This document shows, piece after piece, positions 27,278-37,379 of a DNA stretch of 60,252 nucleotides. The notes under the pieces are model-generated. The model was not told the DNA's origin. It searched no databases and saw only the letters and a program-made list of their open reading frames with translations. A program made the translations under genes and the position numbers. Position 1 is the stretch's first letter; each line of letters begins with the position of its first letter. This DNA is from Acidimicrobiia bacterium (GTDB lineage Bacteria; Actinomycetota; Acidimicrobiia; Spongiisociales; Spongiisociaceae). The stretch covers positions 1 to 60,252 of the forward strand of contig WTGW01000041.1 of the NCBI GenBank assembly GCA_011523395.1, given 5' to 3'.

Positions 27278-28765
27278 TTGCGGATCGCCGTACTGGGCCT
27301 CAGCCACGAGTCCAACACCTACTCGCCCGTACCGGCGAGCCTTGATCGGTGGCTTGCGGCCGGTCCCGTGGAAGGGGCCGACCTGTTCGACCGCTACGCC
27401 TCTTCGGAGGCGAGCCTGGCCGGATACCTGGAGCTGGCCTCGGAACCCGGAATCGACCTGGTCCCACTGGTCTTCTACGACCTCACGCCCATGGGCGCCA
27501 TCACGGCCGACGCCTTCGAGACCATGGCCGGGCGGCTCGTCGCCGAACTGGAGCGGCACGGCCCCTGGGACGCCATCCTGCTCGCCCTGCACGGTGCGGC
27601 CGTCTCGGAGGGTTACCGCGACGCAGACGGGGAGATCCTGAGGCGGGTGCGTTCCGTGGCCGGCCCCGACGTGCCCATCGGCCTGGTGCTGGACATGCAT
27701 GCCAACATCTCCCCGGCCATCGGCGAGCACGCCACGCTGGTAACCACGTACATGACCAACCCCCACCTTGATGCCAGGCGGCGGGCCCGGCTGGCAGCCG
27801 ATCTCACCCTGAGGACCGTCCGGGGGGATATCCGGCCCGTCATGGCCCTGGAGATGCCTCCCCTCGCCGTCAACATCCTGCGGCAGGGCACCGACGACCC
27901 CCCGATGCGGGAGCTCGTCGCCCTCGCCCATGAGCAGGCGCGACGCCCGGGGGTCCTGGCCATGAGCGTCGCGGAGGGATTCCCCTACGCAGACGTGGAG
28001 GAAATGGGTATGGCCTTCCTCTGCGTCACCGACGGAGATCCGGACCTCGCCTCGGAGGCGGCGCGGATCGTGGCGGGCGAGGCTTGGCGAATGCGGAGTC
28101 AACTCGATGGGAAAGCGGTCGCGATCGAGGACGCCCTGCTTCGGGCCGCGAACGATGCGAGCCGGCCGATCGTGTTGCTCGACGTGGGCGACAACGTCGG
28201 AGGGGGAAGTCCTGGGGACTCCACCCATGTGCTCGCGGCCGCCCGGCGGCTCGGTATCGGCGGGCTCTTCCAGTCCTTGTGCGACCCGGAGGCGGTTCGG
28301 GCCTGCCAGGAGGCGGGCGTCGGTGGATCGGTCAGCCTCTCGGTCGGGGGCAAGACCGACGGCCTGCACGGCGAGCCGGTCCCGATCACGGGCACGGTCC
28401 GCCTGCTCGACGGCGGGAAGTTCGAGGATCCCGGGGCCACCCACGGCGGGTTCCGTTTCTACGACGCAGGCGATCGGGCCGTCGTCCATACCGCCGAGGA
28501 CCACCTGCTGATGCTCATCAGCCTGCCGATGGGCAACACCAGCCTGCAGCAGCTGATCAGCGCGGGTATAGATCCCCTGGAACGGCAGGTGATCGTCGCC
28601 AAGGGAGTGCATTCGCCTCGAGCCGCCTTCGAGCCGATCGCCGCGGACATGATCTGGATGGCCACCCCGGGATGCACCACCGCAGACCTGGGCCGGCTCG
28701 ACTACCGGCACCGTCGGAGACCGATGTTCCCGTACGAACCCGAAGCGAGTTACCCCGAGCGTTGA
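27278..28765 (+). CDS. MlrC-like M81 family metallopeptidase (copy 1)
   Basis: TTG start after GAAGGAG. RIAVLGLSHESNTYSP N-terminus (DUF1485) plus the MlrC C-terminal domain. Confidence 0.8.
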   Translation: MRIAVLGLSHESNTYSPVPASLDRWLAAGPVEGADLFDRYASSEASLAGYLELASEPGIDLVPLVFYDLTPMGAITADAFETMAGRLVAELERHGPWDAILLALHGAAVSEGYRDADGEILRRVRSVAGPDVPIGLVLDMHANISPAIGEHATLVTTYMTNPHLDARRRARLAADLTLRTVRGDIRPVMALEMPPLAVNILRQGTDDPPMRELVALAHEQARRPGVLAMSVAEGFPYADVEEMGMAFLCVTDGDPDLASEAARIVAGEAWRMRSQLDGKAVAIEDALLRAANDASRPIVLLDVGDNVGGGSPGDSTHVLAAARRLGIGGLFQSLCDPEAVRACQEAGVGGSVSLSVGGKTDGLHGEPVPITGTVRLLDGGKFEDPGATHGGFRFYDAGDRAVVHTAEDHLLMLISLPMGNTSLQQLISAGIDPLERQVIVAKGVHSPRAAFEPIAADMIWMATPGCTTADLGRLDYRHRRRPMFPYEPEASYPER

Positions 28766-28799
28766 CCCCGCGGCCGCAGGTCGGGCGACCGGTGCCGAC

Positions 28800-30065
28800 T
28801 CAGAACAGGGTCCGCGCCACCGAGACAACGCGGTAGTCACGCCCCACGATCGGGACCGCCCTCCACTTGTCGAAGGTGGTGCACGGATGCGAGATGCCGA
28901 AACCCACGAGATCGCCCACGGCCAGCGGCGTCTCTTCCTCCAGGTCGATGAAGGCGTGCTGGTCGTTGAGGGCCACCGTCCGCATCGGTGGCGCCGCCTC
29001 GACCACCGCCTCTCCCTTCGTGCGCACCTTCTTGGCGACCGGCAGCATCCCGTCGAAGGAGATGTCGCGGCGGCCCAGTCCCACGATCGCCCGGGCCGGT
29101 TCCGGCCGGGACAGGACCGTCCCCCACACCTCGATGGCGGGGATCAGGTGCTCGGGATAGCCGGTCCTGCCTGTCTCTCCCATAGGGGACGTGCGATGCA
29201 CCGAGCCGTCGTCGTGGGTCAGGTAGCAGCCGCTGCGGATCACCACCCGGTAGGGCTGCCCCAGTTCGGCCCGGGAGAACCGTGCTACCACCCGGTCGAA
29301 GTAGGAGCTGCCGCCGGCGGTAAGGATCAAGTCGGGACAGGGCTCGAACCACCCGCGCCGGGCTACCTCGCAGGCCAGATCCACCATCTGATCGAGGAAC
29401 GCGTCGACCACCTGGAGGGCACTGCGGTCACCCTGGGCTCCCAGGATGCCTTCGAACCCGGCGACTCCCGTCAGTGCAAGATGCGCGGACGAGGCCGCGG
29501 CGGCCGCCACGGCCAATCCCTCATCGATGGTCCTCACGCCCGCCCGTCCTCCGGGAACTCCCATCTCCACCAGGACCGGGAACCGCCGGTCGGGCTGCAA
29601 ACGGCCCAGGACCCCGTCGAAGACGGCCACTCCGTCGAGCGAGTCGACGTAGCACATGACGTCGAATCCGTCGTCCCGGGCTGCGGCCAGCCATTCGATC
29701 TCGCCGGGGGACACCACCTCGTTGGCTATCAGCACCCTGGGAACGCCGCACTCCCGCATGACCTTGGCCTGCCAGGTGGTGGCGGCGGTGATCGCCCAGA
29801 CCCCGTCGTCGACCTGCATCCGGAAGAGCTCGGGAGACATCGTGGTCTTGCCATGTGGAGCCAGGTCCACCCCGTTCCGCAGGCAGAACGAGCGCATGGT
29901 CCTGCGGTTGTGGTCGAGGGCCGAACGCAGGAGCACGGCTATCGGATAGGCGACATCGCTGTCGAAGATCGACCATCCGGCCCTGTCCCCGCCACGGAGC
30001 GGGAACCCCTTCGGCCGGGCGGCGTCCGGGGTGCTCGCGCCGGCAGGCTCGATCAGGTCATGCAC
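28800..30065 (-). CDS. alanine-racemase-fold PLP enzyme, D-serine dehydratase (DSD1)/amino-acid deaminase-like
   Basis: PHGKTT PLP-lysine context and a C-terminal D-serine-dehydratase-like domain (GFGISHPCTTFDKW). The GTG start overlaps the upstream ABC ATPase stop by 8 nt. Confidence 0.7.
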   Translation of the reverse strand: MHDLIEPAGASTPDAARPKGFPLRGGDRAGWSIFDSDVAYPIAVLLRSALDHNRRTMRSFCLRNGVDLAPHGKTTMSPELFRMQVDDGVWAITAATTWQAKVMRECGVPRVLIANEVVSPGEIEWLAAARDDGFDVMCYVDSLDGVAVFDGVLGRLQPDRRFPVLVEMGVPGGRAGVRTIDEGLAVAAAAASSAHLALTGVAGFEGILGAQGDRSALQVVDAFLDQMVDLACEVARRGWFEPCPDLILTAGGSSYFDRVVARFSRAELGQPYRVVIRSGCYLTHDDGSVHRTSPMGETGRTGYPEHLIPAIEVWGTVLSRPEPARAIVGLGRRDISFDGMLPVAKKVRTKGEAVVEAAPPMRTVALNDQHAFIDLEEETPLAVGDLVGFGISHPCTTFDKWRAVPIVGRDYRVVSVARTLF

Positions 30066-30834
30066 GGAGGCTGACGGCCCGCGCCGAATGGACGAGCGCG
30101 GCGGTGTAGGGGTCGACGGGGCGGCTGAGCACCTCCGTCATGGGCCCGGCCTCCACGATGATGCCGTCCTTCATGACGATCACCTGCTCGGAGACCCTGC
30201 TGATAACCGCCAGGTCGTGCGAGACCATCACCAGGGCCAGGCCGAGTTGCTCCCGCAGGTCCATGAGCAGGTTGAGCACCTGTGCCTGCACCGAGACGTC
30301 GAGGGCGCTGGTCGGCTCGTCGGCATAGAGGACGTCGGGCTCGACCGAGAGGGCACGGGCCACCCCCACCCGTTGCAGCTGCCCGCCGGACAGCTGGTGC
30401 GGGAATCTGGGGAGTACCTCGTCGGTGAGTCCCACCCGCTCGAGCCAGCCGATCATCTCGGTGTCGGTGGGCACGCGGCGCTCGATCGCCCGGACCGGCT
30501 GGCTCAACGACCGGCGGATGCTCATGCGTGGATCGAGGGACCGCCGGGGACTTTGGAACACGATCTGGTTCCGCCTACGAAGCTCCCGCGGGTCGTTCGC
30601 GAGCCAGTCCCCCAGCTCGCGCCCGTCGAAGACGACATCGCCCTCCTGGTGGATGAGGAGACCGCACAGAACCCGGACCAGGGTCGATTTTCCCGACCCC
30701 GACTCACCGACCACGCCCACGGCCGATCCCGCTTCGATGGACAGGTCGAGATCCTCGAGCGTCCACGGCAGGGCGCCGCGTCCCCGCACGCTCGGGTAGC
30801 GGAAGTGCAGCCCTCGGGCCTCAACTAGCGGCAT
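30058..30834 (-). CDS. peptide/nickel ABC transporter ATP-binding protein (DppF/OppF-like)
   Basis: Walker A GESGSGKST, signature LSGGQLQRV. Start trimmed to MPLVEARGLHF (30834). Confidence 0.9.
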   Translation of the reverse strand: MPLVEARGLHFRYPSVRGRGALPWTLEDLDLSIEAGSAVGVVGESGSGKSTLVRVLCGLLIHQEGDVVFDGRELGDWLANDPRELRRRNQIVFQSPRRSLDPRMSIRRSLSQPVRAIERRVPTDTEMIGWLERVGLTDEVLPRFPHQLSGGQLQRVGVARALSVEPDVLYADEPTSALDVSVQAQVLNLLMDLREQLGLALVMVSHDLAVISRVSEQVIVMKDGIIVEAGPMTEVLSRPVDPYTAALVHSARAVSLRA

Positions 30835-31819
30835 CGAGGTCTCCCTCCGAGCCGGCCACGACCTCGATCGGGTTCCAACACTTGAAGATATGGCCGTCGC
30901 CCGCCACCGAGATCTCGGGGGGTTGCGCGCACGAAGCGATCTCCGCGCTGCACCGACCCCGGAACCGGCAGCCGGACGGGAACCTGTCCAGGGCCGGCAC
31001 CGAACCGGGGATGACGTCGAGCTGCCGGCCCACGATCTCGCCGAGATGCTCGTCATCGGCGATACCGGGGTTGGCGGACACCAGCGCCTGGGTGTAGCGG
31101 TGCCGCGCCTGCCTGATCACCCTCCGAGCCGGACCGAGTTCGACCAGCTGGCCGCCGTAGACGACGCCTATCACCTCGCTGATCGTCTGGATGACGCCGA
31201 GGTCGTGGCTGACGAAGAGCAGGCCCATCTTGCGCTCTACGCTCAGCTCACGCAGCAGCGAGAGAATGCCGCTCTGGACCGTGACGTCCAGCGCCGTGGT
31301 CGGCTCGTCGGCGATGAGCAGCTTCGGGTCACAGGCGATCGCTATCGCTATCAGGACGCGTTGTTGCTGACCTCCCGACAGCTGGTGCGGGTACCGGCGC
31401 ATCAGGCTTCTTGCATCGGGTAGATGGACCTGGGTGAGCAGTTGGAGAACGCGTGCGCGCAACCGGTCGCGGGGAAGATCCATATGCAGACGGATCGCCT
31501 CGGCCACCTGGCGACCGACCCGCATCATCGGATTGAGCGCCTTGGCGGGATCCTGGAAGATCACCCCGATGTCGCGGCCGCGCACCTCGGCGAGCCGGCG
31601 ATCGCTCAAGCCGACCAGTTCCCGGTCATTGAAACGGACCGATCCCGACACGACGGCGGTGTTGGGCTGCAGGCCGACGATGCTCATGGCCGTCATCGTC
31701 TTCCCCGACCCGGACTCGCCCACGATCCCCAGGCGAGTACCGGCCGGGATATCGAGCCGCTCGACGGAGACGATGGTGTGGCGACCGATGGCCACGTCGA
31801 GGTCTCGGATCTCGAGCAT
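30821..31819 (-). CDS. peptide/nickel ABC transporter ATP-binding protein (DppD/OppD-like)
   Basis: GESGSGKTM, LSGGQQQRV, and a C-terminal oligopeptide-ATPase extension with Cys motif (CRFRGRC). ATGA overlap with the permease. Confidence 0.9.
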   Translation of the reverse strand: MLEIRDLDVAIGRHTIVSVERLDIPAGTRLGIVGESGSGKTMTAMSIVGLQPNTAVVSGSVRFNDRELVGLSDRRLAEVRGRDIGVIFQDPAKALNPMMRVGRQVAEAIRLHMDLPRDRLRARVLQLLTQVHLPDARSLMRRYPHQLSGGQQQRVLIAIAIACDPKLLIADEPTTALDVTVQSGILSLLRELSVERKMGLLFVSHDLGVIQTISEVIGVVYGGQLVELGPARRVIRQARHRYTQALVSANPGIADDEHLGEIVGRQLDVIPGSVPALDRFPSGCRFRGRCSAEIASCAQPPEISVAGDGHIFKCWNPIEVVAGSEGDLDAAS

Positions 31820-32694
31820 CAGATGAGCCCCGAGCGCGAAGCCTGCTGCGGATCGAGGATGGTGCGCAGCCCGTCCCCGAGGAGGTTGAACCCGAGCACG
31901 GTGAGGACGATTGCCACGCCGGGGAAGAACATCAGCGTCGGGGCTGCCTCGAGCAGGGGCTGGGACTCCTGTAGCAGTCTTCCCCAGGAGGCGGTGGGCG
32001 GCTGAGCGCCTATGCCGAGGAAGGCCAGGGCCGCCTCGATCAGGATTGCTGCGGCGAACATGACCGAGCCCAGCACGATCAGGAGGGGGGCGATGTTGGG
32101 CGTCACATGGTGCAAGAGCACGTACCACTTGGTTCGGCCGTAGGCGTAGGCCGCCTCCACGTAGTCGAGCGCCAGGATCTGGCGGGCGGGGCCGATCGTC
32201 ACCCTGGCCGCGATCGGGATGAACCAGAAGGTGATCGCCACGATCGCCGCCTGGTTGCCGGGCCCGGTCGATGTCGCCAGCACCAGGGCGATCAGGATTC
32301 CGGGCAGCGCTACGCCGACGTCGATCAGCCGGGACAGCACGTTCCGCCAGAAGGGGCCGGCACCGGCGGTCAGGAGCCCGAGCAGGGCGCCCACCACGAT
32401 CGCCACGAATGTCGACAGCAAGCTGACGTACAGGGAGTTGCGGGCGCCCGCCATGAGTTGGCTGAGGACGTCGCGGCCGAACTTGTCAGTACCGAACACG
32501 TATCTGTCGCTCCCCGGCGGCAGCAACCGGTCCGCAACGACCAGCTTCAGGGGGTCGTGCGGCGTCCACACGTACGAGAGGAGGGCGATGAACAGGAAGG
32601 AGCCGACGAGCGCTCCGCCGATGATCAGCGGCAGGGGCAACCGCAGGACGCGACGCCACACCGGCGGTCTGGATCGGGCGCGCTCGTCAAGCAA
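31819..32694 (-). CDS. ABC transporter permease (DppC/OppC-like)
   Basis: Six TM helices and a BPD-type permease core. Confidence 0.9.
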   Translation of the reverse strand: MLDERARSRPPVWRRVLRLPLPLIIGGALVGSFLFIALLSYVWTPHDPLKLVVADRLLPPGSDRYVFGTDKFGRDVLSQLMAGARNSLYVSLLSTFVAIVVGALLGLLTAGAGPFWRNVLSRLIDVGVALPGILIALVLATSTGPGNQAAIVAITFWFIPIAARVTIGPARQILALDYVEAAYAYGRTKWYVLLHHVTPNIAPLLIVLGSVMFAAAILIEAALAFLGIGAQPPTASWGRLLQESQPLLEAAPTLMFFPGVAIVLTVLGFNLLGDGLRTILDPQQASRSGLI

Positions 32695-33652
32695 CTGCCT
32701 TGCCTCCCTGGCTATCGCGAATCCTCGGATCGATGAGGACGTAGGCGATGTCCATGAGGAAGTTCATCACGAGAATCATCAACAGGATGACCAGGATCAG
32801 CGACTGCACGACTATCACCTCGCGGCCGAGCACCGAGGTGACCAGAAGGCGTCCGATGCCGGGGATCACGAACACGTTCTCGATCACCACCGTGCCAGCC
32901 ATGAGGGCGCCGAGCTGCAGGGTGCCGACGGTCACCAGAGAGACCGAGGCGTTCCGCACTCCGTGGACCCGGGCCGCGCCGCGCCGGGTACGCCCCTTGG
33001 CCATGGCGGTGCGGATGAAGTCCTCACCCATCACGTCGAGCATGGCTGAGCGGACATAGCGGGTCAGCACCGACGTGATCCCCAGGGAGAGGGCCAGCGT
33101 CGGCAGCACGAGCCCTTTCACCGCCTCGACCAGGTCTTCGAACGGGGAAATGTAGCCGCCGGTGGGGAACCACCCGAGCCGGATGCCGAAGACCAGGACC
33201 ATGATGAGTCCCGCCCAGAACGCCGGTATGGCGATGCCGATCTGGCTGGCGACGTCTATGACCCCGCCGCGGAGCTTCTTGACCTGGATGGCCGAGTACG
33301 TTCCGAGCGCCAGGGCAGCCGGGATCGAGATGAGCAGTGAGCCGAAGGCCAGCAACGTGGTCGGGCCGAGCCGCCGCAGGATCTCGTCGAAGATGTCGAA
33401 ACGCGCCGAGTAGGAAGTACCGAGATCTCCCGTGAACACTCCGCCCAGCCAGCTGAAGTACTGCACGTACCAGGGGGCATTGAGGCCCAACTCCTCCTGA
33501 AGGGCCTCCAAGGCGCCGGGGGTCGCGTACTGGCCCAGGATGACGTGCGCGACATTGCCGCCGATGGAGCGCAGCAGGCCGAAGACGATCATCGATCCCA
33601 CGAAGGCGGCCAGGACCAGTGATAGGACGGACCGGGTGATCACGCGCGCCAC
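32687..33652 (-). CDS. ABC transporter permease (DppB/OppB-like)
   Basis: Typical DppB N-terminus and EAA-loop region (FIRTAMAKG). Confidence 0.9.
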   Translation of the reverse strand: MARVITRSVLSLVLAAFVGSMIVFGLLRSIGGNVAHVILGQYATPGALEALQEELGLNAPWYVQYFSWLGGVFTGDLGTSYSARFDIFDEILRRLGPTTLLAFGSLLISIPAALALGTYSAIQVKKLRGGVIDVASQIGIAIPAFWAGLIMVLVFGIRLGWFPTGGYISPFEDLVEAVKGLVLPTLALSLGITSVLTRYVRSAMLDVMGEDFIRTAMAKGRTRRGAARVHGVRNASVSLVTVGTLQLGALMAGTVVIENVFVIPGIGRLLVTSVLGREVIVVQSLILVILLMILVMNFLMDIAYVLIDPRIRDSQGGKAVA

Positions 33653-33741
33653 GCGAACCTCCCCCTAGGAGGGTGTGTCCTCAGGGGTATACCACACCGC
33701 GGCGCCCGGCGGGACAGCGGGCCGGCGGGAGAAAGCCGAGT

Positions 33742-33771
33742 GGGGGTCCGCCAAACCAATGGCGAACCCCC
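33742..33771 (-). other. intercistronic hairpin between the SBP and permease genes
   Basis: GGGGGTcCGCC-N8-GGCGaACCCCC. Such hairpins commonly stabilise the SBP message in ABC operons (inference). Confidence 0.4.
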
Positions 33772-33822
33772 ACCGTGGTTCGGTGACCCCGAGGCCCACA
33801 CTTGTCAGGCTTCGGCCATCCT

Positions 33823-35502
33823 TTAGGAGTCAGCCCAGTGCAGGTCACCCGCGTAAATGTGGATGTCCGGTAGGCGGTGCTGCTTGATCCCGGCCAGATC
33901 CGAGCGGTACAGCACCGGAACGTTCGGCTTCTTGGTCGCGAAGATCCATCCCTCGTCGGCCACGTAATCGTGGAGCTCGCGCTGTGCCGCGACATACTCG
34001 TCGTAATCGGCAATGACCTCGATGGCGTCGATCATCGCGTCCATCTCCTCGTCGCAGAACGCCTGGTTCCCACGGCCGAAGGGCTGCCGGTTCCGGTCAC
34101 AGCGATAGTTCGTCAACGGTGCGCCGCTGGTGATCTGGAAAATCTGGTACTGGCCCTGCGTGTTGACCTGGTCCAGCCAGGTCGCAAGGTCCAGGCTACG
34201 CAGCTCGATCGTCACGCCGATCTCGGCCATTTCGGCCTGGAAGACCTGTGCCATCACGGTGTGCCACGCGACGTTGGCGAACGGGAAGTCCAGCACCAAC
34301 TCGCCCGGGCCGTAGCCGGCCTCGGCGAGCAGCGCGACCGCCCGCTCCGGGTCGTAGGGATACGGGCAGTAGTCCGAGTCCCACGCGATACCCGAAGGAA
34401 CCGCCATCGAGCACGAGGGCGTGGCCGTCCCGGCCGTCGCCGCGTCGATGTGCGCCTGGCGGTTGTGACCGTGCTGGATCGCCTGGCGAATCCGGACGTC
34501 CTGGAACTCCGGAACGTTGGTGTCCAGCAACCAGTAGGAGACCTCGGTCCCCGGAATGAGAACCAGTTCGATCCCTTCGTTATCACCGGAGACGGCGAAG
34601 ACCCGGTCCATGCCCTCGGCGATCACCGACGCGACCATGTCGAGCTCGCCGCCCAGGAGGGCGTTGATCGCGGCGGTCTCATCCGGGATGAAACGCTGGA
34701 TCGCAGTCTCGAAGTAGGGCTTCTCACCCCAGTAGTCCTCGAACCGGGTCATGGTCAGGTCCTGGTCGATCCGGTACTCGGCGAACACGTAAGGTCCGGT
34801 GCCGAGGACCGTTGTCGCGGCGTCGTGGTCCTCGAAGAAGTTCTCCGGAACCATGATCCCGGCCCGATCCGCCATGGTGTTGACGAACGTAAGGCTCGGT
34901 GCTGCGAGAGTGACCTCGACCGTGTAGTCGTCGACCGCCTCGGCAGACGAGACGGCTCCGTAGGGGCTGGCCGTCCTGTCGACGCTGGCTTGAGAGTTGG
35001 CGTTCATCGAGTACACCACGTCCGCGGAGGTGAAGTCGGATCCGTCGTGGAAGACAACCCCCTCGCGCAGGTTGAAGGTCACCGTGAGGCCGTCGCCGCT
35101 GACGTTCCAAGATTCGGCCAGAAGCGGGGAGAGCGAGCCGTCCGCCTCCATCAGGACGAGCGTCTCCCAGACGTTCAACAGCAACGGTGCGGTGACCGCC
35201 GTCAGTCCGGTCTCCCGGTAGTCCCAATTCGGGGGCTCCTGCGTGTACGACCAGGTTACGGTCGTTCCGCGCGGGTCTTCGACCTCCTCCATCGCCGCCG
35301 TCGTGTCAGGAGCACTCGTGGTCTCCGGAGTCTCCGGAGTCTCCGGAGCCGCCGTCGCAGTGGTCGTGGTTGCTTGGGTGGCCGGCGCAGCAGCCGCCGT
35401 GGTGGTCGTCTCGTCCGCTTCGTCGGTACCACAGGCAAAGGCAACCAGAGCGAGCGCTACCAAAAGCAGCCCCAGCCTGCCCTTCTTGTACCAATGTCTC
35501 AC
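33823..35502 (-). CDS. ABC transporter substrate-binding lipoprotein, family 5 (peptide/nickel)
   Basis: GTG start at 35502, 6 nt after GGAAGGAGG. Lipobox LVAFACG, a Thr/Ala-rich linker, then an SBP_bac_5-like body. Confidence 0.9.
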   Translation of the reverse strand: MRHWYKKGRLGLLLVALALVAFACGTDEADETTTTAAAAPATQATTTTATAAPETPETPETTSAPDTTAAMEEVEDPRGTTVTWSYTQEPPNWDYRETGLTAVTAPLLLNVWETLVLMEADGSLSPLLAESWNVSGDGLTVTFNLREGVVFHDGSDFTSADVVYSMNANSQASVDRTASPYGAVSSAEAVDDYTVEVTLAAPSLTFVNTMADRAGIMVPENFFEDHDAATTVLGTGPYVFAEYRIDQDLTMTRFEDYWGEKPYFETAIQRFIPDETAAINALLGGELDMVASVIAEGMDRVFAVSGDNEGIELVLIPGTEVSYWLLDTNVPEFQDVRIRQAIQHGHNRQAHIDAATAGTATPSCSMAVPSGIAWDSDYCPYPYDPERAVALLAEAGYGPGELVLDFPFANVAWHTVMAQVFQAEMAEIGVTIELRSLDLATWLDQVNTQGQYQIFQITSGAPLTNYRCDRNRQPFGRGNQAFCDEEMDAMIDAIEVIADYDEYVAAQRELHDYVADEGWIFATKKPNVPVLYRSDLAGIKQHRLPDIHIYAGDLHWADS

Positions 35503-35754
35503 CCTTGGCCTCCTTCCGCAGAGGATTGCCACCCTGCTCCTTGGGCCGGCAGGATGGCTAGCAACTACATCACACTACGCCGACTTCACCCGCCCATCAA
35601 CTGGTATTGGCCCAAAACAGGCCCGACAGTCGCTGTTCAGCTGCCTCTTCCAAGCCGCCGGTGCGTCCTTTCTGATCTCCAGCGCAAACGCCCATCCGTT
35701 GGGCCCTCCTAAGGACCAGGAAATGCCACAGATCACGGGTCCGAGCGTTGCCGG

Positions 35755-36636
35755 TCAGATGTCGATCACATCCAACTCATCGGCCAGGATTACGTCGCCG
35801 TCGAAGATGGCCTCCACGTCGGATCTGGCCCTCGCTTCCGACTCCTCACCCTCCAGCCCGGGTCCCCGATGGACCAGGATCAGCTTCTCGACCCCCGCTT
35901 CACGGGCCATCAGCGCCGCGCCGGTGGTGCCGGTCTGGCCCGGAGCCTCGCCGCACTCCTGCATCGCCTCCTGGTGGTCCCAGCACATGCTGACCAGGGC
36001 GGTCGCCCCCCGAGCGAGATCGACCACGGAGTCGCACGGCTCCGTGTCCCCGGTCACGACGATGCTCGCCGTCTGCGTCTCGATCCGGTAGGCGAGGGAG
36101 TCGAGGAACGGCTGCACGTGGACGGCTTCTGCAGACCGCACCAGCCAGTCGGGACCCTCGATCACGGAGCCGGGGCCAATATCGGCGGCGTCCACCACTG
36201 GAGCCGGGCGCGGCAGGACGCCCCCTCGGTTCACGAAGACCCGCTGGCTGACCGGCGTCCCGACCCGGGCCTTCCAATCGTGGGCGAAGACCCCGTCCTC
36301 GCCGATCAGGCCCTCCGTGATGCTGGCCGTGAGCGTCGGTCCCCGGACCTTGAGCATGCCCTCCCGGCCGATGCTCTGGTCCCACCTGCAAAGCAGGAAG
36401 CAGGGGTAGTCGGCGTCGTGATCGAAATGATGGTGCGTGAAGAAGAGATGGTCGATGCGGGTCGGCCACAGACCGGCCTTCACCAGCTTGTGGGTGGCGG
36501 CCGGACCGCAATCGAACATGACCAGGTCGGACCCGGTATCGACCACATAGGCCGTGCCGAAACGCTGCGGCGTCGGTGTCGGCGTCCCGGCACCGATGAC
36601 ATAGAGCCTGCTCACGAGATCCCTTCCTACCGTCAA
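35755..36636 (-). CDS. MBL-fold metallo-hydrolase
   Basis: HxHxDH motif (THHHFDHD). Confidence 0.8.
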   Translation of the reverse strand: MTVGRDLVSRLYVIGAGTPTPTPQRFGTAYVVDTGSDLVMFDCGPAATHKLVKAGLWPTRIDHLFFTHHHFDHDADYPCFLLCRWDQSIGREGMLKVRGPTLTASITEGLIGEDGVFAHDWKARVGTPVSQRVFVNRGGVLPRPAPVVDAADIGPGSVIEGPDWLVRSAEAVHVQPFLDSLAYRIETQTASIVVTGDTEPCDSVVDLARGATALVSMCWDHQEAMQECGEAPGQTGTTGAALMAREAGVEKLILVHRGPGLEGEESEARARSDVEAIFDGDVILADELDVIDI

Positions 36637-37046
36637 TCCCTGTCCTGCGCCAGCCAGCGCTGCTCGCTTCCGGCGGGAGCGTACATCCAGAAGACCACCA
36701 TCGGCCCATCGGGGCCGGCGGTGGTCACATGGTGGGCGTATGGAGGTGTCACGACCACCGAACCGGGCGACACGTCGATGGTCGTGCCTTCGATGGTGAT
36801 GGAACCGCTGCCCCTGAGCACCGTGGCGATCTCCTCGGCGCGGTGGGTGTGGTCGGGCGTGGAGAACCCACTTGGCAGTGCCGCCACACCGATGGCGATG
36901 TCGGACGACGTCCCGCGTTCCGGTGTGACCTGGACCGCCAGCACCCTTCCCTCGATCAGAGGGAATCCGGGACGGCCACCTTCTTCCAGAGCCGCGAGCG
37001 CCTCGTCTGCCAAGGCGGAGAGGTCTCGTACCTGATAATCACCCAT
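36633..37046 (-). CDS. cupin domain protein
   Basis: Cupin_2-like His cluster (TPDHTHRAEEIATVLRGSG). 4-nt overlap with the MBL gene. Confidence 0.75.
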   Translation of the reverse strand: MGDYQVRDLSALADEALAALEEGGRPGFPLIEGRVLAVQVTPERGTSSDIAIGVAALPSGFSTPDHTHRAEEIATVLRGSGSITIEGTTIDVSPGSVVVTPPYAHHVTTAGPDGPMVVFWMYAPAGSEQRWLAQDRD

Positions 37047-37379
37047 CCCAGCCTCCCATTCGCTCCGATCCGGCGGTCGTCCAACCCTGGCCGCTCATGT
37101 TGCCCCTGCACCCACTCGACCGGAATCGTACCCGGCGGGCACGGCCTAAGGGGGTACTGAAAAACGTCCAGTTGGCGCGATAGCAGTCAACGAAACCCCA
37201 GGTAGAAGCAGCGCGGGACAACCACTCCCCGTCCTCTTCAGCACCCTCCTATCATTCCCGCCATGGACCCTCCATGGATTGCCGAGGTAGGCACTGTGGC
37301 AGCGGATCCCCTTCAGCAACGCCGAAGCAGCCGTGGAAGTATGGCAACCCGCCGAAAAGTCTCTCAGGGAAAGTAACCC

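Noticed and set aside
30835-32128. Long N-terminal extensions of the ABC ATPase ORFs (30058-31056, 30821-32128, 46605-47666)
   Set aside because: The extensions overlap the upstream permease or ATPase genes and are compositionally aberrant. Internal starts give canonical ATPase N-termini about 30 aa before Walker A.
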